A stretch of 64,000 nt of DNA from an uncultured virus (IMG/VR IMGVR_UViG_3300035080_000019) (taxonomy: Duplodnaviria; Heunggongvirae; Uroviricota; Caudoviricetes), in IMG/VR virus record IMGVR_UViG_3300035080_000019. One strand, 5' to 3'. The translations under genes and the position numbers were made by a program. Shown one piece after another: positions 1 through 8,863 of the stretch (positions are counted from its first letter, which is position 1; every line of letters begins with the position of its first letter). A model generated the notes under the pieces. That model worked only from the letters and a program-made list of their open reading frames with translations. It ran no database searches and was not told the origin of the DNA.

Positions 1-2
1 GG

Positions 3-857
3 CCGAATAAGGAACTTCCCCTCCTTCTGCTGACATTGCTGTTGGCATTTAACCTAACGAACAAAACTAAGGGTTGGTTCTGGAAATGCACCCTGATAGC
101 AGGCCTCGCCGCCTTTTTCCGGGATGGCTATGGCATGTTACTGATGATCTTCGTCTTCGTGTACTACCTCGCCCACATCCCAAGATGGCAGCTTCCGATG
201 CACGCGAAAGTAATTTTTATATGCTTAGCGATCTCTGCGGGTACAGCTTTATTCGCGCACCCGCTAGCCGAGTGGCTACCATTTGTTCGACGAAATCTGA
301 GCGTAGCAAGCCTTCTTCCACATGACGCAGCGGCCGGCGCTGCTAACAACGCCATCACATGGCTCGACATCATCAAGGTCTTTGTTCAATGGGGACGGCA
401 CCTCGTGTTGAATGCCACCAGTCTTTCATTATTCCCGATGCTCACCCAGCAGAACGGCTCTATCTATTGGATCGGAGTCAGCTACACCATTTTCGGGATT
501 CTCAATCTGGTGGCATGCATCTGCGCCATTTTCACGCTCGTTTCGACGGTAAACGCCGATACGGACGTCACCCAACAACTTGACGCTTTGGTACTGGCAA
601 GGATTCTCTCTGTCATATGGCTAGGCTTGTTTGTACTGATGTCGGCTTCAGCCTATGTTCAACCACGTTATCAAATGACGATCTTGCCCATCGGCCTAGC
701 GGTAGTTGCACTCCACACGCGCCATGTCCGTCGTGCGATTCTATGGATTCCGATTTTGCTTGTTCTTGGGTTTCTCGCATCACGCTATGCGCATCGAACA
801 CTACCTCCACCGGTCCCATTTGATTTTTTCCCAGTAAATCCGTACATGCCCAGATGA
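3..857 (+). CDS. Multi-pass membrane protein, 5'-truncated by the window edge (possibly polysaccharide polymerase/GT-C-like); host or upstream island gene
   Basis: Frame is open from base 3 (PNKELPLLLL...); many hydrophobic segments; QPRY motif near the C-terminus. Confidence 0.5.
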   Translation, partial: PNKELPLLLLTLLLAFNLTNKTKGWFWKCTLIAGLAAFFRDGYGMLLMIFVFVYYLAHIPRWQLPMHAKVIFICLAISAGTALFAHPLAEWLPFVRRNLSVASLLPHDAAAGAANNAITWLDIIKVFVQWGRHLVLNATSLSLFPMLTQQNGSIYWIGVSYTIFGILNLVACICAIFTLVSTVNADTDVTQQLDALVLARILSVIWLGLFVLMSASAYVQPRYQMTILPIGLAVVALHTRHVRRAILWIPILLVLGFLASRYAHRTLPPPVPFDFFPVNPYMPR

Positions 858-922
858 TGATGGGTCTTTCTACCTGTGAAAGAATGATACGCGTGTAGAA
901 GCAGAAATACGGTTTGAATAAA

Positions 923-1326
923 ACGGCAACCTTGGCCGAGAGATGACATCTTAGCCCAAAGAAACAATAAGTTTGGCGGGATGCCGAAGCCGGGTATGCA
1001 TCCCAGCAAATCACAGCCCGGGGGGGTAGACCCAAGGAGCCATAACGCGCNNNNNNNNNNNNNNNNNNNNNNNNNNNNNNNNNNNNNNNNNNNNNNNNNN
1101 NNNNNNNNNNNNNNNNNNNNNNNNNNNNNNNNNNNNNNNNNNNNNNNNNNNNNNNNNNNNNNNNNNNNNNNNNNNNNNNNNNNNNNNNNNNNNNTTTCAC
1201 CCTAGGTCGGAACCCACTACGACGGTCTTTGGCCGATAGCGGACATTTTAGCCCGTAGAAATAGTGAGGATATAGCCGGATGTGGAAACCGGCTCGGCAT
1301 CCAGCAAATCATGCGAAGGGGGTAGA
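923..1326 (+). repeat. Two diverged ~105-bp direct repeats (about 923-1030 and 1222-1326) flanking the assembly gap
   Basis: Shared colinear blocks TTGGCCGA, GACAT-TTAGCCC, GGATG...GCATCC, CAGCAAATCA, GGGGGTAGA. Confidence 0.6.
1051..1194. other. Assembly gap (N run)
   Basis: 144 N bases. Confidence 1.
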
Positions 1327-1348
1327 TGGGCGTGGGGGCAGGATTTGT
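1327..1348 (+). repeat. Candidate left attachment site of prophage 1
   Basis: GGGGGCAGGATTTGT (1334-1348) is identical to 38675-38689; 1327-1347 matches 38668-38688 at 18/21. Confidence 0.7.
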
Positions 1349-1451
1349 CCGTTATCTACCCTTCAGAATTAGCTGAAAAGACTGAGCGTCTTATTATCTG
1401 AAGACCACTCCAGGTGCAGAAGGTCGCGCAACCACTTTGCTTGAACACAGA

Positions 1452-1790
1452 TCACCGTGCATCAATATAAACCCACGCGGTTCTACCTGAAGCCAAGGGA
1501 GCAGCTATACGTTTGTAGTCAGCAACTTCATATTTGTCTGCATTAGCAAGCTCCTCATCAGTAACCTCAAAGGCTGTACCAGGAACTCGGTCTTCAGAAT
1601 TATTAGATAATTTAACGATAGGGTGGTGTGTTTTTCCGCTTGTCATTACCACATCAGGGTCAGTTATCAATACCATTGATTGACAAAAGCCAACAAGACT
1701 ATCTTCTTCCCCCACCAACTCACGCCCAAAAGTTGACAACTGCACTTCCTTTTGCTGGAGAGTTCCGTAGGAAAATAATAACTGAGTCAT
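1452..1790 (-). CDS. Gamma-glutamylcyclotransferase (GGCT/AIG2-like) family protein, AT-rich moron
   Basis: LFSYGTL N-terminal motif, D-x-YE and AWVY motifs. Confidence 0.75.
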   Translation of the reverse strand: MTQLLFSYGTLQQKEVQLSTFGRELVGEEDSLVGFCQSMVLITDPDVVMTSGKTHHPIVKLSNNSEDRVPGTAFEVTDEELANADKYEVADYKRIAAPLASGRTAWVYIDAR

Positions 1791-2045
1791 AAGCACCTTC
1801 TTTCAAATGTTGGCAAGAACAACGTGAGACGAATACTTTAACGGGACGCGAACATATTATTCTAAGAACGAATTCAGTCGGTGTAACTTGATAAGGATAA
1901 AGCTGACAAAAAACCGTCTTTCTTAGCCACAGCGAGCCCTACGATGGGCGCCACGGAAGCGCTGAGCCCTGGCTTGATTCACTGCTCACTCCAGTGGATT
2001 GAGGCCCGGTCCGGTTGTTACAGCAACCGGACGGGCGCTCTACTC

Positions 2046-2561
2046 TTACTGCTGTCCTGCTTCGTTAATCACTTGCTCTGCACGGTGGTACTTGTCGATG
2101 CAGGCATTGAGGTCGCGCACGATGTCGCCGCCTTCGAGGGCGAAATCGAGAATTCGCCCAGCAGCCGCTGGCAGAAGGTCGGCTCGCGCTTCTCGATCCC
2201 CAGCGGCGGCAGCTTGGGCAGCGGCGGCTGCACTAGCCGCGTCGACGGCGACTGACAGGCGCACAGCACCAGCACGCAACTCAGCGCGCAAAACATCCAT
2301 TTGCTTCTTTGCATTCTCTTTCTCCTGTTGAACGGCGACCGTCATGGCAGCAAAGGCCTGCTGGCCACTACGTTCAGCCTCTCGGTATCGTTCGGTGGCG
2401 CTGGCCAAGGCAAGCGCATGCTGCTCACTGACCTCAGCCGCCCTGCCCTCTTCGATCTGCGCCTGGCGGTGGCCACCCCATAGGTAGCCGCCAATCAGGC
2501 CCAGGCAGAGGGCCAGCAGCACGGCGCCCAGGACGGTCGCCACGATCTGAAGCCTGTTCAT
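2046..2561 (-). CDS. Rz-like i-spanin
   Basis: N-terminal TM helix, coiled coil, LRAGAVRLSV motif, follows the endolysin. Confidence 0.8.
   Translation of the reverse strand: MNRLQIVATVLGAVLLALCLGLIGGYLWGGHRQAQIEEGRAAEVSEQHALALASATERYREAERSGQQAFAAMTVAVQQEKENAKKQMDVLRAELRAGAVRLSVAVDAASAAAAAQAAAAGDREARADLLPAAAGRILDFALEGGDIVRDLNACIDKYHRAEQVINEAGQQ
2069..2314 (-). CDS. Rz1-like o-spanin lipoprotein embedded in Rz in another frame
   Basis: Basic N-terminus, lipobox-like LCAC, Pro-rich mature part. Confidence 0.65.
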   Translation of the reverse strand: MQRSKWMFCALSCVLVLCACQSPSTRLVQPPLPKLPPLGIEKREPTFCQRLLGEFSISPSKAATSCATSMPASTSTTVQSK

Positions 2562-3133
2562 GGGATCACCTCCAGCGCACGCTCATAGATGGCCTTGCGC
2601 TCGGCAAAGCCATTTGCGTCCCCGATGGGGGCCGTTTTCTTTCCCTGGTTGACCAGGTCGCTCACGCCATCGATGTCGCCGACATCAGCCCACTTGGCCA
2701 GGCCATTGACCGACCAGAACCAGCCGGCAGCACGGCAGCCGTGGACCGGCTCGCACAACAGGCGGGGCTGCTCCACGCAATCCACATGCAGCGCCATCAT
2801 GGCGGCCAGGTGGTTGAGGTAGCCCGTGATCTGAATCGGGCCATGGCCCTTCCAGAAGCGGCCAGGCGTGCTGCCGTTTGCAGCCGCGATCCGAATCGCC
2901 TCTGGATTGGTGTTACCAAGATCTGCGCGATGGTCATAAGCAGCGCCGCTGGCCAGCTCCTCCATAAACCGGAACTGGCCCGACTCATGGCCGATCTGCG
3001 ACAGGAAGGCGGCCACGCGCAGGCGCGTATCGATCTCGAATTCCTGCATAGCTGCATTGAGGGGCTCCAAAAACAACGATGCCCGCGTAGAAGCGGGCAT
3101 GATGCGCTGGAGCTGCTCAAGTGTAAGAATCAT
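2558..3133 (-). CDS. Endolysin, glycoside hydrolase family 19
   Basis: AAFLSQIGHESG and KGHGPIQITG motifs; start MILTLEQL overlaps the holin stop. Confidence 0.85.
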   Translation of the reverse strand: MILTLEQLQRIMPASTRASLFLEPLNAAMQEFEIDTRLRVAAFLSQIGHESGQFRFMEELASGAAYDHRADLGNTNPEAIRIAAANGSTPGRFWKGHGPIQITGYLNHLAAMMALHVDCVEQPRLLCEPVHGCRAAGWFWSVNGLAKWADVGDIDGVSDLVNQGKKTAPIGDANGFAERKAIYERALEVIP

Positions 3134-3429
3134 CTCGGTTCTCCTGTATCGGTTGCACGACGGTTGCGGTATAGCCATCCACCGGCAAGCAGGCCGGCCA
3201 CCCCAACGTTCGAGATCACCTCGGCCGGCTGCGGGCTGATGTAGCCGTACAGCGGCCCGGTAATGACGCCAAATGCGCCCACTGCCGCAATCACGTACCA
3301 CGCACGCACCAGGTGATTGCTGCGATGGTTCATGCGGTTGAGCGCGAAGACGCAATGCAGGAAGAGCGCGATGCTGGCCAGGATATTGACGACCAGCAGA
3401 TAGTCGGTTGCGAGCAGGATCTTGATCAT
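3130..3429 (-). CDS. Holin-like small membrane protein
   Basis: 99 aa, about 3 TM segments, basic C-terminus, directly upstream of the endolysin. Confidence 0.6.
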   Translation of the reverse strand: MIKILLATDYLLVVNILASIALFLHCVFALNRMNHRSNHLVRAWYVIAAVGAFGVITGPLYGYISPQPAEVISNVGVAGLLAGGWLYRNRRATDTGEPR

Positions 3430-3830
3430 TTGGATGACTCCTGATTGATGTTGCCTCCTCCAAATTTGGCCCGCATCCAGCCCAAGGCCAGCGGAATTAC
3501 TGTTTGGGAGCTGGCCCCAATCAGAAACCCGCTGCAGAGCCGGGTGGCCTCTGAATACTTCCCCGACCAGGCAAATGCGTCGGACTGGATCGCCCAGGCG
3601 TGCAGCATGGGGCCGACATAGCCCCCCATGAGCGCGCTGGTGATCAGGATCATGACTGCCCGTGGGCGAGATACCGGAGGCAGGCTAGAGAGCATGGCCA
3701 GGCCACCGGCCAGCCCAGCCAGCAGCATCTCGTACTGCAGTCCCAGGAACGACCCTGTAATGGTGATGGTGCCGACCGCAAAGGCCCCCGAGCCGGCGCC
3801 GATCACTGCCCCTGTTGTTGGTTCTGGCAT
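3426..3830 (-). CDS. Holin/antiholin-like membrane protein
   Basis: MPEPTT start, several TM segments, first gene of the lysis cassette. Confidence 0.6.
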   Translation of the reverse strand: MPEPTTGAVIGAGSGAFAVGTITITGSFLGLQYEMLLAGLAGGLAMLSSLPPVSRPRAVMILITSALMGGYVGPMLHAWAIQSDAFAWSGKYSEATRLCSGFLIGASSQTVIPLALGWMRAKFGGGNINQESSK

Positions 3831-3849
3831 GTATGTCCCCGAAAGAAAT

Positions 3850-3871
3850 AAAAAAGCCGCCATCTGGCGGC
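3850..3871 (-). terminator. Intrinsic terminator between tail fibre module and lysis genes
   Basis: GCCGCC-agat-GGCGGC followed by TTTTTT on the minus strand. Confidence 0.6.
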
Positions 3872-3903
3872 CGTGCTGTGCAGACGTCTGCACTTTCGGC
3901 ATG

Positions 3904-4290
3904 TCATGCCGACAGCGGAACAAGCAATCGGCCGTTTTCGGGCAATTGCGTCATCAGCCACGATGGCACTGGGCCGCCACCGTCGTACCGCAGTTCCTGA
4001 CCGTCGACAATCACCAAGGTGCCGACGACATACTCGGCAAAGATCGCCAGCTCATCGCCTGCAGCCGCCTGGCTCATATAGAACAGGCGATCCTGACGAT
4101 GGTCTTCCACCAGGTGCCAGCCGTTGCCTCCGACGCGAGCCGCGTAACCTTGCGGTACCGCCGGCGGCGCATCGGTCAGAGCCCCGTAAGGGATATTGAA
4201 GTCGCCCGGCTGCAACGGCAGCTCAAAGGCTTCAGTCGGATATAGGAAAAAACCCAGCGGATCTGCCTGGTATACGGTGATCGAACTCAT
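3904..4290 (-). CDS. Tail fibre assembly chaperone
   Basis: YQxD..G.F, IP..A...APP and W.LVEDHR motifs; follows the fibre gene. Confidence 0.75.
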   Translation of the reverse strand: MSSITVYQADPLGFFLYPTEAFELPLQPGDFNIPYGALTDAPPAVPQGYAARVGGNGWHLVEDHRQDRLFYMSQAAAGDELAIFAEYVVGTLVIVDGQELRYDGGGPVPSWLMTQLPENGRLLVPLSA

Positions 4291-4346
4291 TACTTACCTT
4301 TCAGAAATGTGATGGCGGGTGCGCAGTGATCACCCGGGAATGCGGA

Positions 4347-5165
4347 TCAAATGTGAATGACCGGGTTGAAAGCCGTATGCCGAGGCGCTGTTTCTGCGCT
4401 ACCCGTCGCACCCGTTGTTGCAGCACGATCCAGGTTTACTGTGGAGCCTCCAGCATTGGTGATGTAGGTTCCACTGCGATCAACCCAGGCCCCATTGCCG
4501 CCAAGACTATGGCTGTGAGACTTCAACGTGTCGGCCTTGTACGAACCGAGAGCACGGGCGGTCGCCGTGTCCGCGTCGGTGCCGGCGTAGCGACGAAACA
4601 CATTGCGCAGATCCGGTACCCGGAAATTGGTCGCATCGACATCGACAAAATAAAAGGCGCCTATGTTCGCGGCCCAAGTAGCTTGGCTGACGACCAGTCC
4701 GTTTTCCTGAGCGAAGCCCCACAACGCTGCGTAGGAAGCCTTCCCCAAAACACCACCGACCGCACTAACCTCTGAAGCTAATGGAGAGATCGTATGGCCA
4801 TCCATGGGACGACCGCAAAGCGGACTGCGGTAGCCGGTAAAGTAAGCGCTTGCAGACCAACGCCACACCTCACAGACCTCCTTTACTACGATAGGACCGA
4901 TATCTTGAGTAGGCAGACCTGCAATCGGATACGCCCTCATCGTCCCACTGGAGATGATTAAGGCACGAATAGCAGCCAACAACTGATCGGCCTTTCCCTC
5001 ATCCGCCTCAATGCCTGCTGCAGCTTGCACATTGAGAATCTCGGTAGTGATGTCGTTCCCCCACTTAGCGGGGATCAGCGATCCTTGCTGTCCAGTCTGT
5101 TCATCTTCATCAACAAACTTGCCATTGACCAGGCCAACGCCTGGAACACTCTTCGGAAAATCCAT
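4347..5165 (-). CDS. Short tail fibre protein
   Basis: MDFPKSVPGVGLVNGKFVDE N-terminus, collar-like FRVPDLR motif, ETAP C-terminal motif. Confidence 0.85.
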   Translation of the reverse strand: MDFPKSVPGVGLVNGKFVDEDEQTGQQGSLIPAKWGNDITTEILNVQAAAGIEADEGKADQLLAAIRALIISSGTMRAYPIAGLPTQDIGPIVVKEVCEVWRWSASAYFTGYRSPLCGRPMDGHTISPLASEVSAVGGVLGKASYAALWGFAQENGLVVSQATWAANIGAFYFVDVDATNFRVPDLRNVFRRYAGTDADTATARALGSYKADTLKSHSHSLGGNGAWVDRSGTYITNAGGSTVNLDRAATTGATGSAETAPRHTAFNPVIHI

Positions 5166-5175
5166 TCTCTTTCCT

Positions 5176-5772
5176 TCATTCGTATTCAAAAATCACCACC
5201 GTGAACGGTGGCGCCCATCGCTTGATCACGCATTCGACCGCTTCATTCGGGTTCGCCCCAAACCGCTCGCCCCACAAAGAAACTCCAAAGCGACGCCCAC
5301 CCGCATGTCGACGGCCCAGCTTGATGGTCCAGATGAACTGTGCAGCCCAGGTTCCAAACCGAGCCTTACCAAACCGTGCTCGGCGAAACCTAGGCGCACG
5401 CCACTCGACGGCAGTCGCTTCGGGATAGCCCAGTTCCCTGGCCAAGCCAACGAAGTAGTGAAGACTCTGGCCACCCTGTGCCATATGACGCCGGAGCACA
5501 GCCGCCTTGCGCTGCTCGAAACTTGGCGCATCAGGAAGGCACTCATCGGGCAAGCCCATGACCGTTTCCCAGTCTGGTACCAGCTCGCGCATCGTCGGCG
5601 GGAAAATCTCTGCGAGTAAGGCATCATCCCGCTGGTCAATGCGCGCGAACTCTGGCGCCAGCCCCTGCAGCACCTGGTCAACTTCGCCGCCGTAAAACTC
5701 GCGATCCCAGGCCGGGCCAGGCGGCAGGAGCTGCCGCATCTGCTCCAGATAGTCCGCTTCGCTCATAGCCAT
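5176..5772 (-). CDS. Baseplate protein, Mu gp48/YmfQ-like
   Basis: LLPPGPAW and WE..MGLPD.C motifs; synteny. Confidence 0.85.
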   Translation of the reverse strand: MAMSEADYLEQMRQLLPPGPAWDREFYGGEVDQVLQGLAPEFARIDQRDDALLAEIFPPTMRELVPDWETVMGLPDECLPDAPSFEQRKAAVLRRHMAQGGQSLHYFVGLARELGYPEATAVEWRAPRFRRARFGKARFGTWAAQFIWTIKLGRRHAGGRRFGVSLWGERFGANPNEAVECVIKRWAPPFTVVIFEYE

Positions 5773-6809
5773 AGAATGTCTCCAAAGGTCGCGATCTCAT
5801 GGCGCAACACCGTCACGTTCTCGGCAGGGACCACCATCTGGTGATCCTCCTCACCGGCCGCAGCACTGATCGCTTCGTCCTGGTGACTACGCGGCAAGGT
5901 CACGCCCAGGGATGCTTCGGCCAGAATCAATGCCTTCAGCGCGGCCCTTACCGCCGCACGCACGGGGCCGGTATCGGGGATGAGCTTGATCTGGTAGACG
6001 ATGGGCTTGGGCGTAGGAGAAAGCACATACAGCTCGCCGGTAGCGTGGCGCTTCTTGTCGATGTAATCGAACACTGCAGCGCGAAACGTCTCACTCGGAA
6101 AAGGATCTTCAGCACCATCGCACATGATGAACACGGCCACCGTTCCCGGCCCCACCCAGTTGCGCCGGGTCCAGGCCCGGGTCACGCCTGGATATTCCAG
6201 CGCCCAGGTCTCGTAGTCATCGGCAGAGCCACCTTGAGGCAGGATGCGATAAGTCCGCAGTACCGCCGCCCGCAATTGCTCCAGGGTCTCCTGGTTGACA
6301 CCGCCCGTCATTCCGGCCGAAGTGATCACTGCCTCATCGCTCACACCCAACACAGGAGAGACGGCCGCGAGCTTCGTACCACCCGCGAGATTACCGGCAG
6401 CACCAGCGCTTACTGCTCGGATCGGAACCAATGTGGCGCCCTTGATCACCGTATCGGCCGTCACCACCACCTGACTCCGGTCAGGCGCCTGGTACAGAGT
6501 GCCGGCGTCAATGGGAGCATCGGTCTGCCCTTCGCACTCCATCCAGCCAGTGGCATAGGTCGCCGTACGATAGCCGCGGCCGAGCCGCCATTGCGCGTAG
6601 CGCAGCAGCATCTCTTCGTCGCACTTATCAGGAAGACTCTGAGCAGCAATGTAGTCCTGGTGTTGGTACAAGCCGGCGACAACACCGCTATGCACGCGTG
6701 CCAATACCTCGGCATCTGTTCTGCGGAGCGCACCGACCGAGGTCGCGGGCACCAGATCTCCGCGCACTCGCTTAATCAGCGTCACAAGGCCAGGAATATT
6801 AAATGGCAT
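5763..6809 (-). CDS. Baseplate wedge protein, J/Mu gp47-like
   Basis: GAAGN, PQGG...DY..WALE.PGVTRAW, GPGTV motifs. Confidence 0.9.
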   Translation of the reverse strand: MPFNIPGLVTLIKRVRGDLVPATSVGALRRTDAEVLARVHSGVVAGLYQHQDYIAAQSLPDKCDEEMLLRYAQWRLGRGYRTATYATGWMECEGQTDAPIDAGTLYQAPDRSQVVVTADTVIKGATLVPIRAVSAGAAGNLAGGTKLAAVSPVLGVSDEAVITSAGMTGGVNQETLEQLRAAVLRTYRILPQGGSADDYETWALEYPGVTRAWTRRNWVGPGTVAVFIMCDGAEDPFPSETFRAAVFDYIDKKRHATGELYVLSPTPKPIVYQIKLIPDTGPVRAAVRAALKALILAEASLGVTLPRSHQDEAISAAAGEEDHQMVVPAENVTVLRHEIATFGDILWL

Positions 6810-7206
6810 TGATCACCCTCCAAAAATCATCAATCTCGATCTGCAGCGGGCCATCCCCCACTAGATCAATCACTGCGCGCATCGTCACGCCTTCGGTACC
6901 GCTTCGCGCTACCGTCACCGTGACCTTGGTGGCGTGGCCGTCCGACACGAACCAGGCGAGGGCTTCCTCGCCGAACTCGACAGCATCACGCAGCGCATCG
7001 TCAGTAATAGATCTTCGCTGCAGCAGCCACACGCGGGAACCGATCTTGTCGCCGGCCACAGTGGGGTAACTGTCTCCCCACCAGCCAAGCGGATCGGCCC
7101 CATCGTTCGGATCGGAAGGATCGGCGCGGCGCCAACTGAAGAGGCTAATCATGGCGGCACGCCACAAGACCGCCCGCCGGTCATCCTCAGAAAGCGTCAG
7201 GATCAT
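6799..7206 (-). CDS. Mu gp46-like baseplate protein
   Basis: ISLFSWRRA, GWWGD, GSRVWLL motifs. Confidence 0.85.
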   Translation of the reverse strand: MILTLSEDDRRAVLWRAAMISLFSWRRADPSDPNDGADPLGWWGDSYPTVAGDKIGSRVWLLQRRSITDDALRDAVEFGEEALAWFVSDGHATKVTVTVARSGTEGVTMRAVIDLVGDGPLQIEIDDFWRVINAI

Positions 7207-7751
7207 CCGCCACCTCCTGACTTCGGCGGGCTCGTAGGCGGACCATCGTGCTCCTGGTGGAAGTGCCCTCTCATCGAGATGCCATTGACGACCACCTCCG
7301 GCATCTCCATCGGCCCGGCCGACTTGGCCGTACCCGACGCATCGAGCTCGTAGGCATGGGTGAAAATGTTCACCGCCTCCTCGGCGACCACCTCATAGCG
7401 CTTCGCCTTGACGCGATAAACATCACATTCGACCTCGATGATCCGCCCCTGCTTCAAGACAATGCGTGCGCCTTCGTTCGTGTAGATGGCCACTTCGCCA
7501 GGCTTCAGATCGGTGGGCCGATAGCGCTTGTCGCTTGGCATGATGACGGCCGCGTGAGAGCGATCTCCGTCGAAGAACAGCGCGAGGCCGCCAGCACCGG
7601 AAAGCGGAATCGATGTGATGCCGTACTGCTCGAACAGCTCCACGTCGTCCTTTCCCTCCCCGTCCAGAATGCTGACCTGCAGGCGCTGGCGGCGCTGGCC
7701 AGGCTTGGTGAGAACCACCGTACACCGGGCAATTGGACTGTCGTTACTCAT
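7203..7751 (-). CDS. Baseplate spike, Mu gp45-like
   Basis: QYG.TS.P, RYRP..L.PGEVAIY, C-terminal H-x-H. Confidence 0.85.
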   Translation of the reverse strand: MSNDSPIARCTVVLTKPGQRRQRLQVSILDGEGKDDVELFEQYGITSIPLSGAGGLALFFDGDRSHAAVIMPSDKRYRPTDLKPGEVAIYTNEGARIVLKQGRIIEVECDVYRVKAKRYEVVAEEAVNIFTHAYELDASGTAKSAGPMEMPEVVVNGISMRGHFHQEHDGPPTSPPKSGGGG

Positions 7752-8863
7752 GAATTCCTTTCCCAATCCGCAGGCAGCAGGTATTCGAAGCCGTCTTTCG
7801 ACTTCTTCAATTTCATGCGCTTGCGTTTGTCATTTGGCTCCGGCTCGAAGCCATCAGGCGGCGCGACCTTCAAGACTGCTGTCGTACCGGCCGAGCGGGA
7901 GCGTTTGTAGTTCACCTCAGAGATCAGCATGTCGCGATCAAAGCCGATCTGCGGATCAATCACGCGCGCCACCATATTCGGCAGCCACAATGCGCCATTG
8001 GACTGATGCCAGCCCTGCACTGCATAGGTTGTTTCGAGCGCACGACTGATGCGGCTTTCTCGCTCCCAATCGGCACGCCATTGAGCGAGCTCTTTGGTGA
8101 TCTGGCCAGACTCCCGGATGACCAGGCGCCGATGGCGAGACACACGCGTATCGAGGGATGAAGCCGCCACTTGCGCGCTGTTTTCCTCATCGTCATCATC
8201 GTCGCTGCCCGACTGCTGCCCCTTGGCCACGTATTCAGAAAAAACGTTCGAGAAGTCGAGATCCGACTCCCCGGACAAGATGTTCTCCCCATACACCAGC
8301 CGGTCATGCGCCCGGCCAGCACTCCCTGGCCGGGCCATCACCATTCGACCGCGACCGTCATCCATGGCCAGCAAACGCGACAGAGTCAACAGCCGATCCA
8401 ATGACTCGAAGACCGTCTCACCAGGCTTCACCGTATGATCCTTGACGAGGGTACGGTCGCCGGCCTCATTGACCACGGCAATGCCATAGGGCTTCACCAG
8501 GGCGCGAGCGATACTCTCAATGGTCTGATTGCGCCACTGCCCTGGCTTGTCATCAGGGCAGCAGTCCACCAGATCAGCCGTCAGGGCGCGCCCCTTGATC
8601 GACAGCGATATCGATTTGTCGTCATAGCGGGTCGGCGTACCGAAGACATAGCCGGTCAGGACCAACTGTCCATCAATTCGTACCTCGCATTGATCTCCCT
8701 GGCGAACACGTACCTGGCCACGCTGGTTGCCTGGCCAATCCCAAGTCACCGTCAGCGTGAAATCACGCGCCACACGCAAGACCCCTGCACCGATATCGAC
8801 ATCCATCCAGCCAGCGTAGTCCTGCCCGTTGACGTTCAACGTCACAATTCCACGATCAGCCAT
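7748..8863 (-). CDS. Baseplate hub, Mu gp44-like
   Basis: G...TADLVDC, PGETVF, G.NIL, GW.Q.NG.LW.PN motifs. Confidence 0.85.
   Translation of the reverse strand: MADRGIVTLNVNGQDYAGWMDVDIGAGVLRVARDFTLTVTWDWPGNQRGQVRVRQGDQCEVRIDGQLVLTGYVFGTPTRYDDKSISLSIKGRALTADLVDCCPDDKPGQWRNQTIESIARALVKPYGIAVVNEAGDRTLVKDHTVKPGETVFESLDRLLTLSRLLAMDDGRGRMVMARPGSAGRAHDRLVYGENILSGESDLDFSNVFSEYVAKGQQSGSDDDDDEENSAQVAASSLDTRVSRHRRLVIRESGQITKELAQWRADWERESRISRALETTYAVQGWHQSNGALWLPNMVARVIDPQIGFDRDMLISEVNYKRSRSAGTTAVLKVAPPDGFEPEPNDKRKRMKLKKSKDGFEYLLPADWERNS

Noticed and set aside
613..1205. ORFs spanning the N gap
   Set aside because: Artefacts of translating unknown bases
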